Positions 27,148 to 36,492 of a stretch of 64,000 nucleotides of DNA are shown one piece after another. The stretch lies in assembly GCA_031254335.1 (NCBI GenBank), contig JAIRUP010000003.1, positions 5,257-69,256 of the forward strand. Direction: 5' to 3'. Position 1 is the first letter of the stretch. Each line of letters begins with the position of its first letter. Made by a program: the position numbers and the translations under genes. The stretch comes from Rickettsiales bacterium. Lineage in GTDB: Bacteria; Pseudomonadota; Alphaproteobacteria; Rs-D84. The notes under the pieces were generated by a model. The model saw nothing but the letters and a program-made list of their open reading frames with translations, was not told the origin of the DNA and made no database searches.

Positions 27148-27335
27148 AAAATAAAGGCCGGTTTTTCGTTTTCGCGCCTAATACCCGAATGACACTTCGA
27201 AAAATCGCCCGTCGCGGACTTAGGTGTCCAGACGCCGGGCAATTTTTCTTGGTCCTCGGGCATTATTCATCGAAAACGCGACCGGCCTAATATTTTTTAT
27301 AGCTTATTAATGTTCTTGTTTAGAATATTGGGAAA

Positions 27336-27344
27336 TGGTATAAT
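27336..27344 (+). promoter_or_regulatory. Extended -10 promoter element (TGgTATAAT) upstream of secreted paralog 2
   Basis: The same tggtataat nonamer occurs at 8300..8308 upstream of the ParA-partner ORF. Confidence 0.4.
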
Positions 27345-27395
27345 GGGAACAGAACAATCTCTTATTCCGGCCTTCGCCGGAATGACAAAGGAAGA

Positions 27396-29786
27396 ATGAA
27401 GGTATTAAATTCTAGATTTTGGCTGGTTTCCGCGTGTGCGCTGGCGTTGGCTTTGCCCGCCGCGTCCGAACCCATCATGTTCTATGCAGAGGAAGAGGAA
27501 ATATACGATGAGATACCCGGTCAAGCCGGGTATGACAATGGTGCGGCGGGAATGACAAATGAAAATGAGGCGAGGCCGTCGGTGGTTGTGCCGGGCGGAG
27601 CGGGCGCGCAACGCGCCGGGGCCGTCATCCCAAGCGTCAAGCAAAACCAGGGCGCGCGCGGAAGCCAAGTCGTCAGCCGCCAGCCCAATTTCGCCCCCAC
27701 CGGCCCGCAGGGCCGCAATGTTCAGAACAGAAATATTCAAGGACGCAGCGCCGTGCCGATGGCCGTTCAACAACGAGGCACAGTTCAACAGCGCAGCGCG
27801 GCTCCCGCTCGCGGAACCGTTCAGGCACCGCGCGCGACTGCCCCTCGCGCCGTCGGGACCCGCGGTTCCAGCCAGCAGGGACGCGGAGCCGTTCAATCGG
27901 GAACGCAGCTTGTAGCCGGGACTTCGCCCACCGCCGCCGCAATATCGAACGAGCCCGCCGCGCAGGCCAATCAGCCCGTCGCCGCGCGAGCCGCCCTTAC
28001 AGGCTCGCCCATAACATCTTCCCGCACTTCGGTCGCCCGCAATGCCAACGCTTCCGCCGCACAACAGCTTATCGACGAACACACCGCGCAGAGGCAAGAG
28101 CTTGAAAGCCTGAAAACCGCCCTGGACATCGCAAACGAAAGGTCCGAAATACAAATGCAAATCGACGATTCATGCCTTGCGCAATTCTACGGCTGCATGG
28201 ACGATATTTGCGCCAATGTCAACGACACTCTCGGCCGCTGCGCTTGTTCCCCCAACGCGGAAAATTACAAAGAGATGGACGACCGCCTTAAAAAGGTGAA
28301 TATCGAGCTTCAAGATGTCGTCAGAAACATTCAATACCTTGGCCTGACCACCGACGAAGTCAACAGCCTTTTCATGGAGACCGAGGCCGAACGGGCCTTG
28401 AACCAGATGTCCCCCGACATAGGCGGCGGACAAAGCACCATGCTGCGCGATTTGCTGATGGGCGTCGAGCTTCCCGACATCGCGGACATTGGAACACAGA
28501 AAACCAAAAGCCCGTTCCAAAGCAGCTTTATAGACATGGCCGATTTCGGAGATTTCGGCGACTTGTTCGGAAACACAACCAAGAAGACCTTCAACGACAT
28601 CGCGAACATGTCCGGCAAGGACCTGTATAACGCCGCCAAGCAAAAGTGCGAATTCGTCCTTAAAGAATGCCAGAAGAAGAAAGTCGATGTCGAGATGATT
28701 CAAGCCAAATACGATGTCGAAATCGGAAAGCAATGCGTTTATATCCGCGACGACCTGGACGAAAGAATCGAAACCGCCACAAACATGCTTCGCCAGGCGC
28801 GCACCATGCTTGAACGCGCCCGCTTCCAAGTCGCCCAAAACAAAAACCTGTTCGACCTTAAAGAATGCGTGCAGGAAATGGACAAGTGCATGACCGACGA
28901 TTTCGTTTGCGGTAAAAACTATGTCCGCTGCATCGACGGCACAGGACAATTCGTTTCAAGCGACGGAAAGGATGTCGTCCCCGGCGCCGACCTTATATAT
29001 ATGCAGCACACATTGTGGGGCGGAACTTCCGGTAGTGCCGATTACGCCGTGCTTGCCGGGTTGGCTACAAAAAAAGTCAATGGAAAAGAAGAAACTATTT
29101 GGCCATTCAATCCCAGCCGGTTGACAGACGGCGGCTTTGCAGTGAACCCATCAGCGGAAAAAGTCGTCCAGATATTGGCCAGTAAAATCGGGTATATAGG
29201 CAAGGATGGATACGCGGGCGCGGGATTCTGCGCCGCAGTCATGAACCAATGCCAAAGATACACGCGCAGCGGCAACGAAGCCACTACATTCGACCCGAAC
29301 AATGAAGTTGTGAAAAATTATCTGCTTCAAGCACTTCCCAAAATCCGCAGCGCCCAGGACAAGTTCATAACCGAATTCCAAGTTCAATGCGTGTCTGACC
29401 TTAAATCGTGCTATCAGAGACAGATTCAATCAATGTCCGGCGGATATTACGGAAGCGTGTCCAATATAAACTTAGCGAACTTCTCCACAATGCGCGCGGC
29501 ATGCAGCAGTATCGGTTTCTCATGCGCCTTGGCGGTGAATTCAAGCGAATTTAATTCTTCCAGTGGCTCTGGCGCGTGCCGAAGGACTCCAACCGATGCC
29601 ATCACTACGACAACGGATATAGAAAAATGTTTGAACTCGGTGTCGACGATTGCTTTATCCGGATTGATAACTTGCCCGACCGGTGCGTCGATAGAGCTTG
29701 ATAGTAGTAAAAATCCTGTAACAAACAATAATATTTGTAAATGCCAGACCGGTAACATAGACTTGACAACGAATAGTTGTAGATAA
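27396..29786 (+). CDS. Large secreted Cys-rich protein, paralog 2 (796 aa)
   Basis: Signal peptide MKVLNSRFWLVSACALALALPAAS; an acidic stretch, then Gln/Arg/Ala-rich degenerate repeats (QGRNVQNRNIQGRSA...); the motifs CxxxxxxCMDDICANVNDTLGRCACS and FVCGKNYVRCIDGTGQF align to paralog 1. Confidence 0.8.
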   Translation: MKVLNSRFWLVSACALALALPAASEPIMFYAEEEEIYDEIPGQAGYDNGAAGMTNENEARPSVVVPGGAGAQRAGAVIPSVKQNQGARGSQVVSRQPNFAPTGPQGRNVQNRNIQGRSAVPMAVQQRGTVQQRSAAPARGTVQAPRATAPRAVGTRGSSQQGRGAVQSGTQLVAGTSPTAAAISNEPAAQANQPVAARAALTGSPITSSRTSVARNANASAAQQLIDEHTAQRQELESLKTALDIANERSEIQMQIDDSCLAQFYGCMDDICANVNDTLGRCACSPNAENYKEMDDRLKKVNIELQDVVRNIQYLGLTTDEVNSLFMETEAERALNQMSPDIGGGQSTMLRDLLMGVELPDIADIGTQKTKSPFQSSFIDMADFGDFGDLFGNTTKKTFNDIANMSGKDLYNAAKQKCEFVLKECQKKKVDVEMIQAKYDVEIGKQCVYIRDDLDERIETATNMLRQARTMLERARFQVAQNKNLFDLKECVQEMDKCMTDDFVCGKNYVRCIDGTGQFVSSDGKDVVPGADLIYMQHTLWGGTSGSADYAVLAGLATKKVNGKEETIWPFNPSRLTDGGFAVNPSAEKVVQILASKIGYIGKDGYAGAGFCAAVMNQCQRYTRSGNEATTFDPNNEVVKNYLLQALPKIRSAQDKFITEFQVQCVSDLKSCYQRQIQSMSGGYYGSVSNINLANFSTMRAACSSIGFSCALAVNSSEFNSSSGSGACRRTPTDAITTTTDIEKCLNSVSTIALSGLITCPTGASIELDSSKNPVTNNNICKCQTGNIDLTTNSCR

Positions 29787-29812
29787 TAGAAAGAAATTAA
29801 GGACGAAAAAAT

Positions 29813-29837
29813 CCCCCGGAAACGGGGGTTTTGTTTT
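29813..29837 (+). terminator. Rho-independent terminator after secreted paralog 2
   Basis: cccccg-gaaa-cggggg followed by ttttgtttt. Confidence 0.7.
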
Positions 29838-30074
29838 AAGTCGCCCCGAGGGGGGCGGTTTTTTTATTCCCACCCCGGCCCGCCTTCGTCTACGACTACG
29901 GCGCGGCGACTCCTCCCAAGAGGGGAATTTAATAAGGATTTATACAATGGACCCCGGCCTTCGCCGGGGTGACTGGTTGGGAAAGGCTCTGCGTAGGGGC
30001 GATGGGTTTTCGACCCCCCACCAAAAACGGCGAAGCCGTTTTTGGCTCCCCCGCATGGGGGGGAGCTAACCTTA

Positions 30075-30797
30075 TTATGAATTGAATTTGGATAAAAGGT
30101 CGGAGGGGACCGAGATTTGACGGATTTCGCCAGGCTTCAAATTCCCGAGCTTTATGCCCGCGTAGGATATGCGGATAAGCCGGCTCACTTCCATTCCCAG
30201 GCTGTTCAGAGTTTTTCTTATTTCGCGGTTCTTGCCTTCATGCAATATTACCGTCGACCACGCGTTGCCCGCCGTCTTGTCATCCACGCGCAGCGTTATC
30301 GGCGCGTATTTAATCCCGTCCACCGTTATGCCTTTGCGCAATTTTTCCATGTCGCCCTTGTTCGGAACGCCATGCGTTCTGACCGAATATATTCTTTCCA
30401 ATTCATTGCTTGGGCTTTCCATAAATCTTTGGAACTCCCCCGAGTTCGTAAGCAACAGCAAGCCTTCCGAATTCAAATCCAATCTGCCGATTGACACAAG
30501 CCGTCCGTATTCTTTCGGCAATGCGTCGAACACCGTTTTGCGGCCTTCGGGGTCGCTATGCGACACGACTTGGCCCGTGGGCTTGTGGTATATGAACAGC
30601 GACAGCTCCGTCGCAGGTTCCACCCGCCGTCCATTCACTGTTATCAGGTCGCGCGGCGACACATTCAGCGCGGGGCTGGTTATCACGATTCCATTCACGC
30701 GCACTTGGCCCGCTTCTATCATGCGTTCGGCCTCGCGCCGGCTGGCGATGCCGCTTGCGGCGATGGTTTTGGCTATGCGGTTAAGTTCGGTTTTCAT
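30075..30797 (-). CDS. RsuA/RluB-family rRNA pseudouridine synthase
   Basis: N-terminal S4 domain (IAASGIASRREAERMIEAGQVRVNG); catalytic GRLD motif (VSIGRLDLNSEGLLLLTN). Confidence 0.85.
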   Translation of the reverse strand: MKTELNRIAKTIAASGIASRREAERMIEAGQVRVNGIVITSPALNVSPRDLITVNGRRVEPATELSLFIYHKPTGQVVSHSDPEGRKTVFDALPKEYGRLVSIGRLDLNSEGLLLLTNSGEFQRFMESPSNELERIYSVRTHGVPNKGDMEKLRKGITVDGIKYAPITLRVDDKTAGNAWSTVILHEGKNREIRKTLNSLGMEVSRLIRISYAGIKLGNLKPGEIRQISVPSDLLSKFNS

Positions 30798-30805
30798 TTT
30801 TATAG

Positions 30806-30881
30806 TGGTGCCGCCTATAAGATTCGAACTTACGACCCCCTCATTACGAATGAGGTGCTCTACCAGCTGAGCTAAGGCGGC
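30806..30881 (-). tRNA. tRNA-Thr (anticodon CGT)
   Basis: Minus-strand GCCGCCTTAGCTCAGCTGGTAGAGC...TTCGTAA...GGTTCGAATC...GGCGGCACCA. Confidence 0.85.
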
Positions 30882-30927
30882 ATTGCTGGGTTATACAATA
30901 CAATTTTATAAAGGTCAATAATAATGA

Positions 30928-32415
30928 TTAGCGCAGGGATTTTTTGATGTAATACTGCTGCGCTATGCCGAAGATGTTCGACACCGTCCAATACAACACA
31001 AGGCCAGCCGGCAGGCCCGCGAACAGGACCACAAACACCACCGGCATCCACTTCATGAAGCCCATGCCCGGCGTCGCCGCATTTGCGTTCGACGACATTT
31101 TCATTTGAAGCCACATTGTCGCGCCCATCAGAATCGGCAGAATTCCGATTGCGGGCAAGAACGAGGGCGGCGCGAAAGGCAACAGGCCGAACAGGTTCAA
31201 TATGTTCGTCGGGTCCGCCGCCGCCAAATCCCTTATCCACAGGAAACTTGAATCCCGCATTTCGACCGCGATAATCAGCGCGCGGTATAGCGCGAAGAAT
31301 ATCGGGATTTGCAGCAACATCGGCAGGCACCCCGACATCGGGCTGACCTTCGTCGTCTGATACAACCTCATCATTTCCTGTTGAAGGCGCGCGCGGTCGT
31401 CCTTATACAGCTTTTGGATTCTTTGCATTTCCGGCTGCATTTTCTGCATCGCCGCCATCGACTTATACGATTTCTTCGTAAGCGGTATCATCAGAATACG
31501 GATGATTAGGGTAAGGATAATGATTGCGAGGCCATAGTTCCCGACCAAATCGTGCAACGCCGTAAGCGACCAAAGGAAAGGCCGCGACAGGAACGAAAAC
31601 CATCCGTAGTCGATTGTTTGCGCGACGCCCGGCATCGCCGGATTCGCCGCGTTCAGGATTTTCTGCGATTTCGGCCCGGCATATATATTAAATGTAAAGT
31701 CGCTTGCCGCGTCCGCCGATATATCCGCCTGGAACCGGTCGCCGCCGATGTTCTTCATGCGGAGCGTGCGCGGACCCGGGACGCCCGAATCAATTTGCAC
31801 AAGCGTTTGCCAATACTGGTCCTCGAACCCGACGAACGAATTCGCGCCGCCGCCCCACACCGCGCTTTTATCCGATATATTTCCCCAGCTTTCGCGCTTC
31901 GTGTTTCCATCGATATTGGCGAGGCCGCCCGCGGATGTCATCAGCATCATGCTCGATTTTTTTCCGCCGTCCCTTGCGATTCTCGCGTAGGGCGCGGCGT
32001 TCCCTTTCGACTTAATCCGCACGCTTATCACATAGTCTTCCGATATTGAAATCGTCTTCGTGAATTCGCCGCCGCCGACCAGTCCGAACTCTATGAATTC
32101 GCCCGGGTTCGCCAGAAGCTCCACCGGCTTCGCGCCGTCATGATATTTCAGCAATCGGACATTCGATATGCGGTCGCCCGTTTGCGTGAGTTCGATGTTT
32201 TCGGATTTTATTTCGATTGGAGCGGACGAGGTCCCGCGGTCAAGCCGCGGGATGACATCATTATTTATTTGCGCGGGCTGCGGTTTGCTTGACGGCATGA
32301 AGAACGATATGATTAGCCAATTCAGGCCAAGGAATATTCCAAGCAGCAGCGCCAGTTCCAAGAATTTGGGTTTTGACCCCCCCGCAAGGGGGGAGTTATT
32401 TAATATTTTTACCAT
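30928..32415 (-). CDS. yidC: Membrane protein insertase YidC
   Basis: 495 aa; an N-terminal TM, a large periplasmic domain, and the conserved C-terminal 5-TM core (...LPMLLQIPIFFALY...). A truncated C-family repeat is encoded in-frame at residues about 6-14 (NSPLAGGSK). Confidence 0.9.
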   Translation of the reverse strand: MVKILNNSPLAGGSKPKFLELALLLGIFLGLNWLIISFFMPSSKPQPAQINNDVIPRLDRGTSSAPIEIKSENIELTQTGDRISNVRLLKYHDGAKPVELLANPGEFIEFGLVGGGEFTKTISISEDYVISVRIKSKGNAAPYARIARDGGKKSSMMLMTSAGGLANIDGNTKRESWGNISDKSAVWGGGANSFVGFEDQYWQTLVQIDSGVPGPRTLRMKNIGGDRFQADISADAASDFTFNIYAGPKSQKILNAANPAMPGVAQTIDYGWFSFLSRPFLWSLTALHDLVGNYGLAIIILTLIIRILMIPLTKKSYKSMAAMQKMQPEMQRIQKLYKDDRARLQQEMMRLYQTTKVSPMSGCLPMLLQIPIFFALYRALIIAVEMRDSSFLWIRDLAAADPTNILNLFGLLPFAPPSFLPAIGILPILMGATMWLQMKMSSNANAATPGMGFMKWMPVVFVVLFAGLPAGLVLYWTVSNIFGIAQQYYIKKSLR

Positions 32416-32914
32416 GATGTTGTCCTTTGATTAAAGAATAAACGAATACGGCGATGCCCAGCGAGATACATATATCCGCGAAGTTAAATGCCGGCCAATG
32501 CAGGCCGCCGATATGGAAATCCAAAAAGTCCACAACCGCGCCGAACCTTAACCTGTCCACCAGATTCGCAACCGCGCCGCCAACAATCAATGCAAGCGCG
32601 AGCGATTCCAGCCTTGGCGGGTTTTTCGCTATAAGCCGATGGCCCAAGTATCCGATAATCGCGCTTGTCGCAAATATTATTACAAGCGGCGCCGACGCGC
32701 CCACGCTTTGCAGCATGGAAAAACTTGTCCCAGGGTTCCAAGTGAAGACCAAGTTAAAGAAACTTGTTATTTCCGCGAACATGACAGGGAAGGGGACCAA
32801 TTCATAGAACCGCCCGCCGAGCGGGACCCGGCCGGTCAGCAGGTATAAGAGATAGCCTTTCGACAGTTGGTCGATTAATATGATTCCGAAGATTGCGAGA
32901 AGTTTTTTCAGCAT
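32396..32914 (-). CDS. lspA: Lipoprotein signal peptidase II
   Basis: 4 TM helices; conserved FNFAD motif (WPAFNFADICISLG). Confidence 0.85.
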   Translation of the reverse strand: MLKKLLAIFGIILIDQLSKGYLLYLLTGRVPLGGRFYELVPFPVMFAEITSFFNLVFTWNPGTSFSMLQSVGASAPLVIIFATSAIIGYLGHRLIAKNPPRLESLALALIVGGAVANLVDRLRFGAVVDFLDFHIGGLHWPAFNFADICISLGIAVFVYSLIKGQHHGKNIK

Positions 32915-32938
32915 TGCTTCCTTATTACCCGGATAGCC

Positions 32939-33439
32939 CTAGTCAGCCCGACTATGACAATGAGTCAATATATCCGATGTGTTCGCGTGTGTCAATGCGA
33001 TTGCGAGCGCGTCCGCTTCGTCCGAAGTCTTGGGTTTCGCAAGCGGCATCAGAATCGACACCATTTTCGCAATTTGCTCCTTGTCCGCGCGGCCCGTTCC
33101 GACTATGGCTTTCTTCACGAGCGTGGGCTCGTATTCCGCGACGCAGAGGCCCGCCGTCGCCAATGCCGTGATGGCCGCTGCCCTTGCGTGGCCCAACAAG
33201 AGCGTCGTCGTCGGGTTTTCGTTCACGAATGTAATCTCTATCGCCGCCTGGGTCGGGCCGAATTCCCGCGCCACCTTTTGCAGCCCGTCGAATATTTCCA
33301 GCAATCGATTAGGAAGGGTTTCCTTGACATTCGGATGGATTACGCCGGACGCGATATATTTCCGGTTGTTCCCCTCCGCTTCGATTACAGCCCAGCCTGT
33401 ATGGCGAAGGCCCGGGTCTATGCCGATTATGCGCCTCAT
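32939..33439 (-). CDS. ruvC: Holliday junction resolvase RuvC
   Basis: MRRIIGIDPGLRHTGWAV...; catalytic acidic residues in the GIDPG and EADALAIAL context; the start overlaps the recF stop by 4 nt. Confidence 0.85.
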   Translation of the reverse strand: MRRIIGIDPGLRHTGWAVIEAEGNNRKYIASGVIHPNVKETLPNRLLEIFDGLQKVAREFGPTQAAIEITFVNENPTTTLLLGHARAAAITALATAGLCVAEYEPTLVKKAIVGTGRADKEQIAKMVSILMPLAKPKTSDEADALAIALTHANTSDILTHCHSRAD

Positions 33440-34518
33440 TCTTTGACCCCTCCGTCTTCGATTTCGATAAACACCGCTTCCGGCAGACTGGCAAACGCCG
33501 AAGCCGACACCCCGGTCATCCATATTTGCGAGTTCGTTTTTCCGAATTCGGCCAGCAGCTTCGCGCGGGTGTCATTGTCCAGATGCGCCGCCACTTCGTC
33601 CAGCAATATAACCGGCGAGACCCCGAACAATGCGCTCAGCAATTTCGCGTGGCTTAATGCGAGCGACAATAAAATCATCTTCTGCTGGCCCGTCGAACAC
33701 AGGTGCGCCGGCCTGTTCAAATCCATGCCAAGCACCTTGAAATCCGATTTTTGCGGGCCGTCGAATATTTGCCGGTCCGACATCAGAATCCGATTGTCCG
33801 CCAGATATTCAGCATAGTCCGTTTCGATTTTGGAAATCGGCTCGCCCGCGAGGATTCTGTCTTCAAGCCAGCCCGAAACCGTTATCGCGTTTCTTCCGAA
33901 TTCGGACTCCGCATTGAAAAAGTGGTTCAGCTCCGCGCAATATTTCACGCGCTCGGCCGCGACCGCCGCCGCGGTTTGCATAAGGTTTTCCTCTATCGCG
34001 CTCAGCCAGCCGGGTTCCGCCTCCGCACGGAGCGCGGCCGCGCGTTCCGATATTAGTTTCGACAGCCGCCCAAGCCGCCCCGCGTGCGACGGCGAGAATC
34101 CCGCGATTAGATGGTCGAAGAACGCGCGCCGGTTTTCGGCCGCGCCGTAGAACAGGCCGTCCTCGCGCGGGGTCAGCCATATTGGCTTTATGATTTTAAG
34201 CAATTCCGCCAGGCTGGAATCCCGGCCGTTGATTTTGACCGCCCGCCGCGCGTCGCCCGCTCCCGCCGCAGTCGCCGCCGTATTGCCGCATTCAAGCTCC
34301 GCATGGATTCCAAATCCCGCGTCCGATTCGAACGCAGGAAGGTCGGTCATTTCCGCGCGGCGCAGCCCCGCGCCCGCAGACAGAAGCGAGATTGCCTCTA
34401 TTATATTCGTTTTGCCCGAACCGTTCGCGCCGAACAGGATTATATGCTTCGCGCCCTGCGTTTTTATGCGCGTGGATTTGTGGTTGCGGAAATTGGTAAG
34501 GGTTAGGGTGGTTATCAT
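33436..34518 (-). CDS. recF: DNA replication and repair protein RecF
   Basis: LTNFRNH; Walker A GANGSGKTN; signature-like STGQQK; Walker B ILLDEVAAHLD. Confidence 0.85.
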   Translation of the reverse strand: MITTLTLTNFRNHKSTRIKTQGAKHIILFGANGSGKTNIIEAISLLSAGAGLRRAEMTDLPAFESDAGFGIHAELECGNTAATAAGAGDARRAVKINGRDSSLAELLKIIKPIWLTPREDGLFYGAAENRRAFFDHLIAGFSPSHAGRLGRLSKLISERAAALRAEAEPGWLSAIEENLMQTAAAVAAERVKYCAELNHFFNAESEFGRNAITVSGWLEDRILAGEPISKIETDYAEYLADNRILMSDRQIFDGPQKSDFKVLGMDLNRPAHLCSTGQQKMILLSLALSHAKLLSALFGVSPVILLDEVAAHLDNDTRAKLLAEFGKTNSQIWMTGVSASAFASLPEAVFIEIEDGGVKE

Positions 34519-34741
34519 GCTTGCATTATAATTACGGAATGACAAAAAATCCAAGCGCAATTTTTCGTTTTCGGCCTAAATCTCCGAATGACACGGCGAA
34601 AAACCGACACGCCGCGGCGGCGCATAAGGCCAGCGTCGGTCGGTTTTTCTTGGTCCTCGGCGATTTATTCTCGAAAACGCGATTGCGCCAAGGATTTTTT
34701 GGGATTATTTAGTGATTGACAAAATGTTTTATTAAGGTATT

Positions 34742-35320
34742 ATGGGGGTAATTGAGAGGTATATTATGGGTTGCACTTTCATAAGCAAAAAGATAGACGG
34801 AGTTTATGTCATAGAGCCGCGCGTTTTCGAGGACGCCCGCGGGCATTTCTTCGAATCATACAACGCCGAAGATTTCAAGGAATTCGGCCTTGAATACAAC
34901 TGGGTCCAGGACAACCAATCCTTTTCGGAATACGGCACAATCCGCGGGCTTCATTTCCAGAAGGGAAAATTCGCGCAGGCAAAACTTGTCCGCGTCCTGG
35001 TCGGCGAGGTCATGGACATAGCCGTCGACCTTCGCCCGGATTCCAAGACTTACGGCAAGTTCGTTTCCGCCGTGCTTTCGTCCGAAAACAAGCGGCAGCT
35101 GCTTATCCCGCGCGGGTTCGCCCACGGATTTTCCGTCCTTTCGGAAACCGCCGTTTTCGCCTATAAATGCGACAATATCTACAACAAGGAATCCGAGGGC
35201 GGAATCAGATGGAACTGCCCGGAAATCGGCATAGACTGGGGCGTGCCGGCCAAAAATCAAAAACTTTCCCAAAGGGACAAACTGCTGCCCTTGTTCGCCG
35301 AATTCGACGGAGGAAGATAA
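34742..35320 (+). CDS. rfbC: dTDP-4-dehydrorhamnose 3,5-epimerase
   Basis: Cupin fold; RGLHFQ motif; the start could be an internal Met (MGCTF...). Confidence 0.85.
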   Translation: MGVIERYIMGCTFISKKIDGVYVIEPRVFEDARGHFFESYNAEDFKEFGLEYNWVQDNQSFSEYGTIRGLHFQKGKFAQAKLVRVLVGEVMDIAVDLRPDSKTYGKFVSAVLSSENKRQLLIPRGFAHGFSVLSETAVFAYKCDNIYNKESEGGIRWNCPEIGIDWGVPAKNQKLSQRDKLLPLFAEFDGGR

Positions 35321-35322
35321 TT

Positions 35323-35368
35323 GCCGGGATTCTCCGGTCTTCGCTTCGCTCGCCGTGGAATGACAAAT
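35323..35368. repeat. A/B hybrid palindromic repeat (gccgggattctccggtcttcgcttcgctcgccgtggaatgacaa)
   Basis: Near-identical to the hybrid copy at 63843..63884 that lies inside rseP. Confidence 0.7.
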
Positions 35369-35385
35369 AAAAAAAGAGGCATGCA

Positions 35386-36354
35386 ATGAAAAATATTCTT
35401 ATAACCGGCGGGTGCGGCTTTATCGGCTCGAACTTCATCCCTTGGTTCGCCGCCGAGCATTCTTATAAAATTTTCAATATGGACTGCCTTACATACGCCG
35501 GAAGCTTGGAAAATTTGTCCGAGATGGACGGAAGGCCAAACTATGAATTCATAAACGCCGACATACGCGACGCAGACGAAGTTCACCGAATCTTCCACCA
35601 AAAGAAAATCGACGGAGTCATTCACTTCGCCGCGGAGTCCCATGTCGACAACTCCATTTCCGGGCCGCGCGCATTCGCCGAAACCAATGTCGGCGGGACC
35701 CTGAACCTTCTTGAAGCCGCGCGGGATTATTGGAAGGGGCGATACGAGCAATGCCGCTTTCATCATGTGTCCACCGACGAAGTCTACGGCAGCCTTGGGG
35801 CGGACGGACTTTTCACCGAAACGACCCCTTACGACCCAAGCAGCCCTTATTCCGCGTCGAAGGCCGCAAGCGACCATCTGGTGCGCGCATGGAAACGAAC
35901 TTACGGACTTAACGCCACCATTTCAAACTGCTCGAACAACTATGGCCCGAAGCAGCATTCCGAAAAACTGATTCCCACCATAATCAGAAAGGCCTTGTCC
36001 GGCCAGCCCATCCCGATTTACGGCAACGGACAGAATGTCCGCGACTGGCTTTATGTCCTTGACCACGCGCGCGCAATCGACACGATATTCCACAAGGGCC
36101 GCGCCGGCGATACTTACAATGTCGGCGGGCGGAACGAGCGGAACAATATCCAAATCGTGGAAGCCATCGTCAAAATCCTTGGCAAGGGGCGGATAGAGTT
36201 CGTCAAAGACAGGGCCGGACATGATTTCCGATATGCCATCGACGCCTCCAAAATAGAGGGACAGCTTGGCTGGAAAGCCGTCGAGAATTTCGACACGGGA
36301 ATCAAGAAAACCGTGGAGTGGTATTTGCAAAAAACATTTGCAAAAAGTATTTAA
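35386..36354 (+). CDS. rfbB: dTDP-glucose 4,6-dehydratase
   Basis: N-terminal Rossmann GGCGFIGSN; YxxxK catalytic motif (YSASKAASD). Confidence 0.9.
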   Translation: MKNILITGGCGFIGSNFIPWFAAEHSYKIFNMDCLTYAGSLENLSEMDGRPNYEFINADIRDADEVHRIFHQKKIDGVIHFAAESHVDNSISGPRAFAETNVGGTLNLLEAARDYWKGRYEQCRFHHVSTDEVYGSLGADGLFTETTPYDPSSPYSASKAASDHLVRAWKRTYGLNATISNCSNNYGPKQHSEKLIPTIIRKALSGQPIPIYGNGQNVRDWLYVLDHARAIDTIFHKGRAGDTYNVGGRNERNNIQIVEAIVKILGKGRIEFVKDRAGHDFRYAIDASKIEGQLGWKAVENFDTGIKKTVEWYLQKTFAKSI

Positions 36355-36375
36355 TCGGGTATGCTTGCCGGAAGT

Positions 36376-36452
36376 CGGGGCGTAGCTCAGCCTGGTAGAG
36401 TGCTTGCATGGGGTGCAAGAGGTCGCATGTTCGAACCATGTCGCCCCGACCA
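36376..36452 (+). tRNA. tRNA-Pro (anticodon GGG)
   Basis: CGGGGCGTAGCTCAGCCTGGTAGAGT...ATGGGGT...GGTTCGAACC...CGCCCCGACCA. Confidence 0.8.
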
Positions 36453-36492
36453 AAAATGAATTATTCAATTTGAGACGCCGACCAACGCCGGC

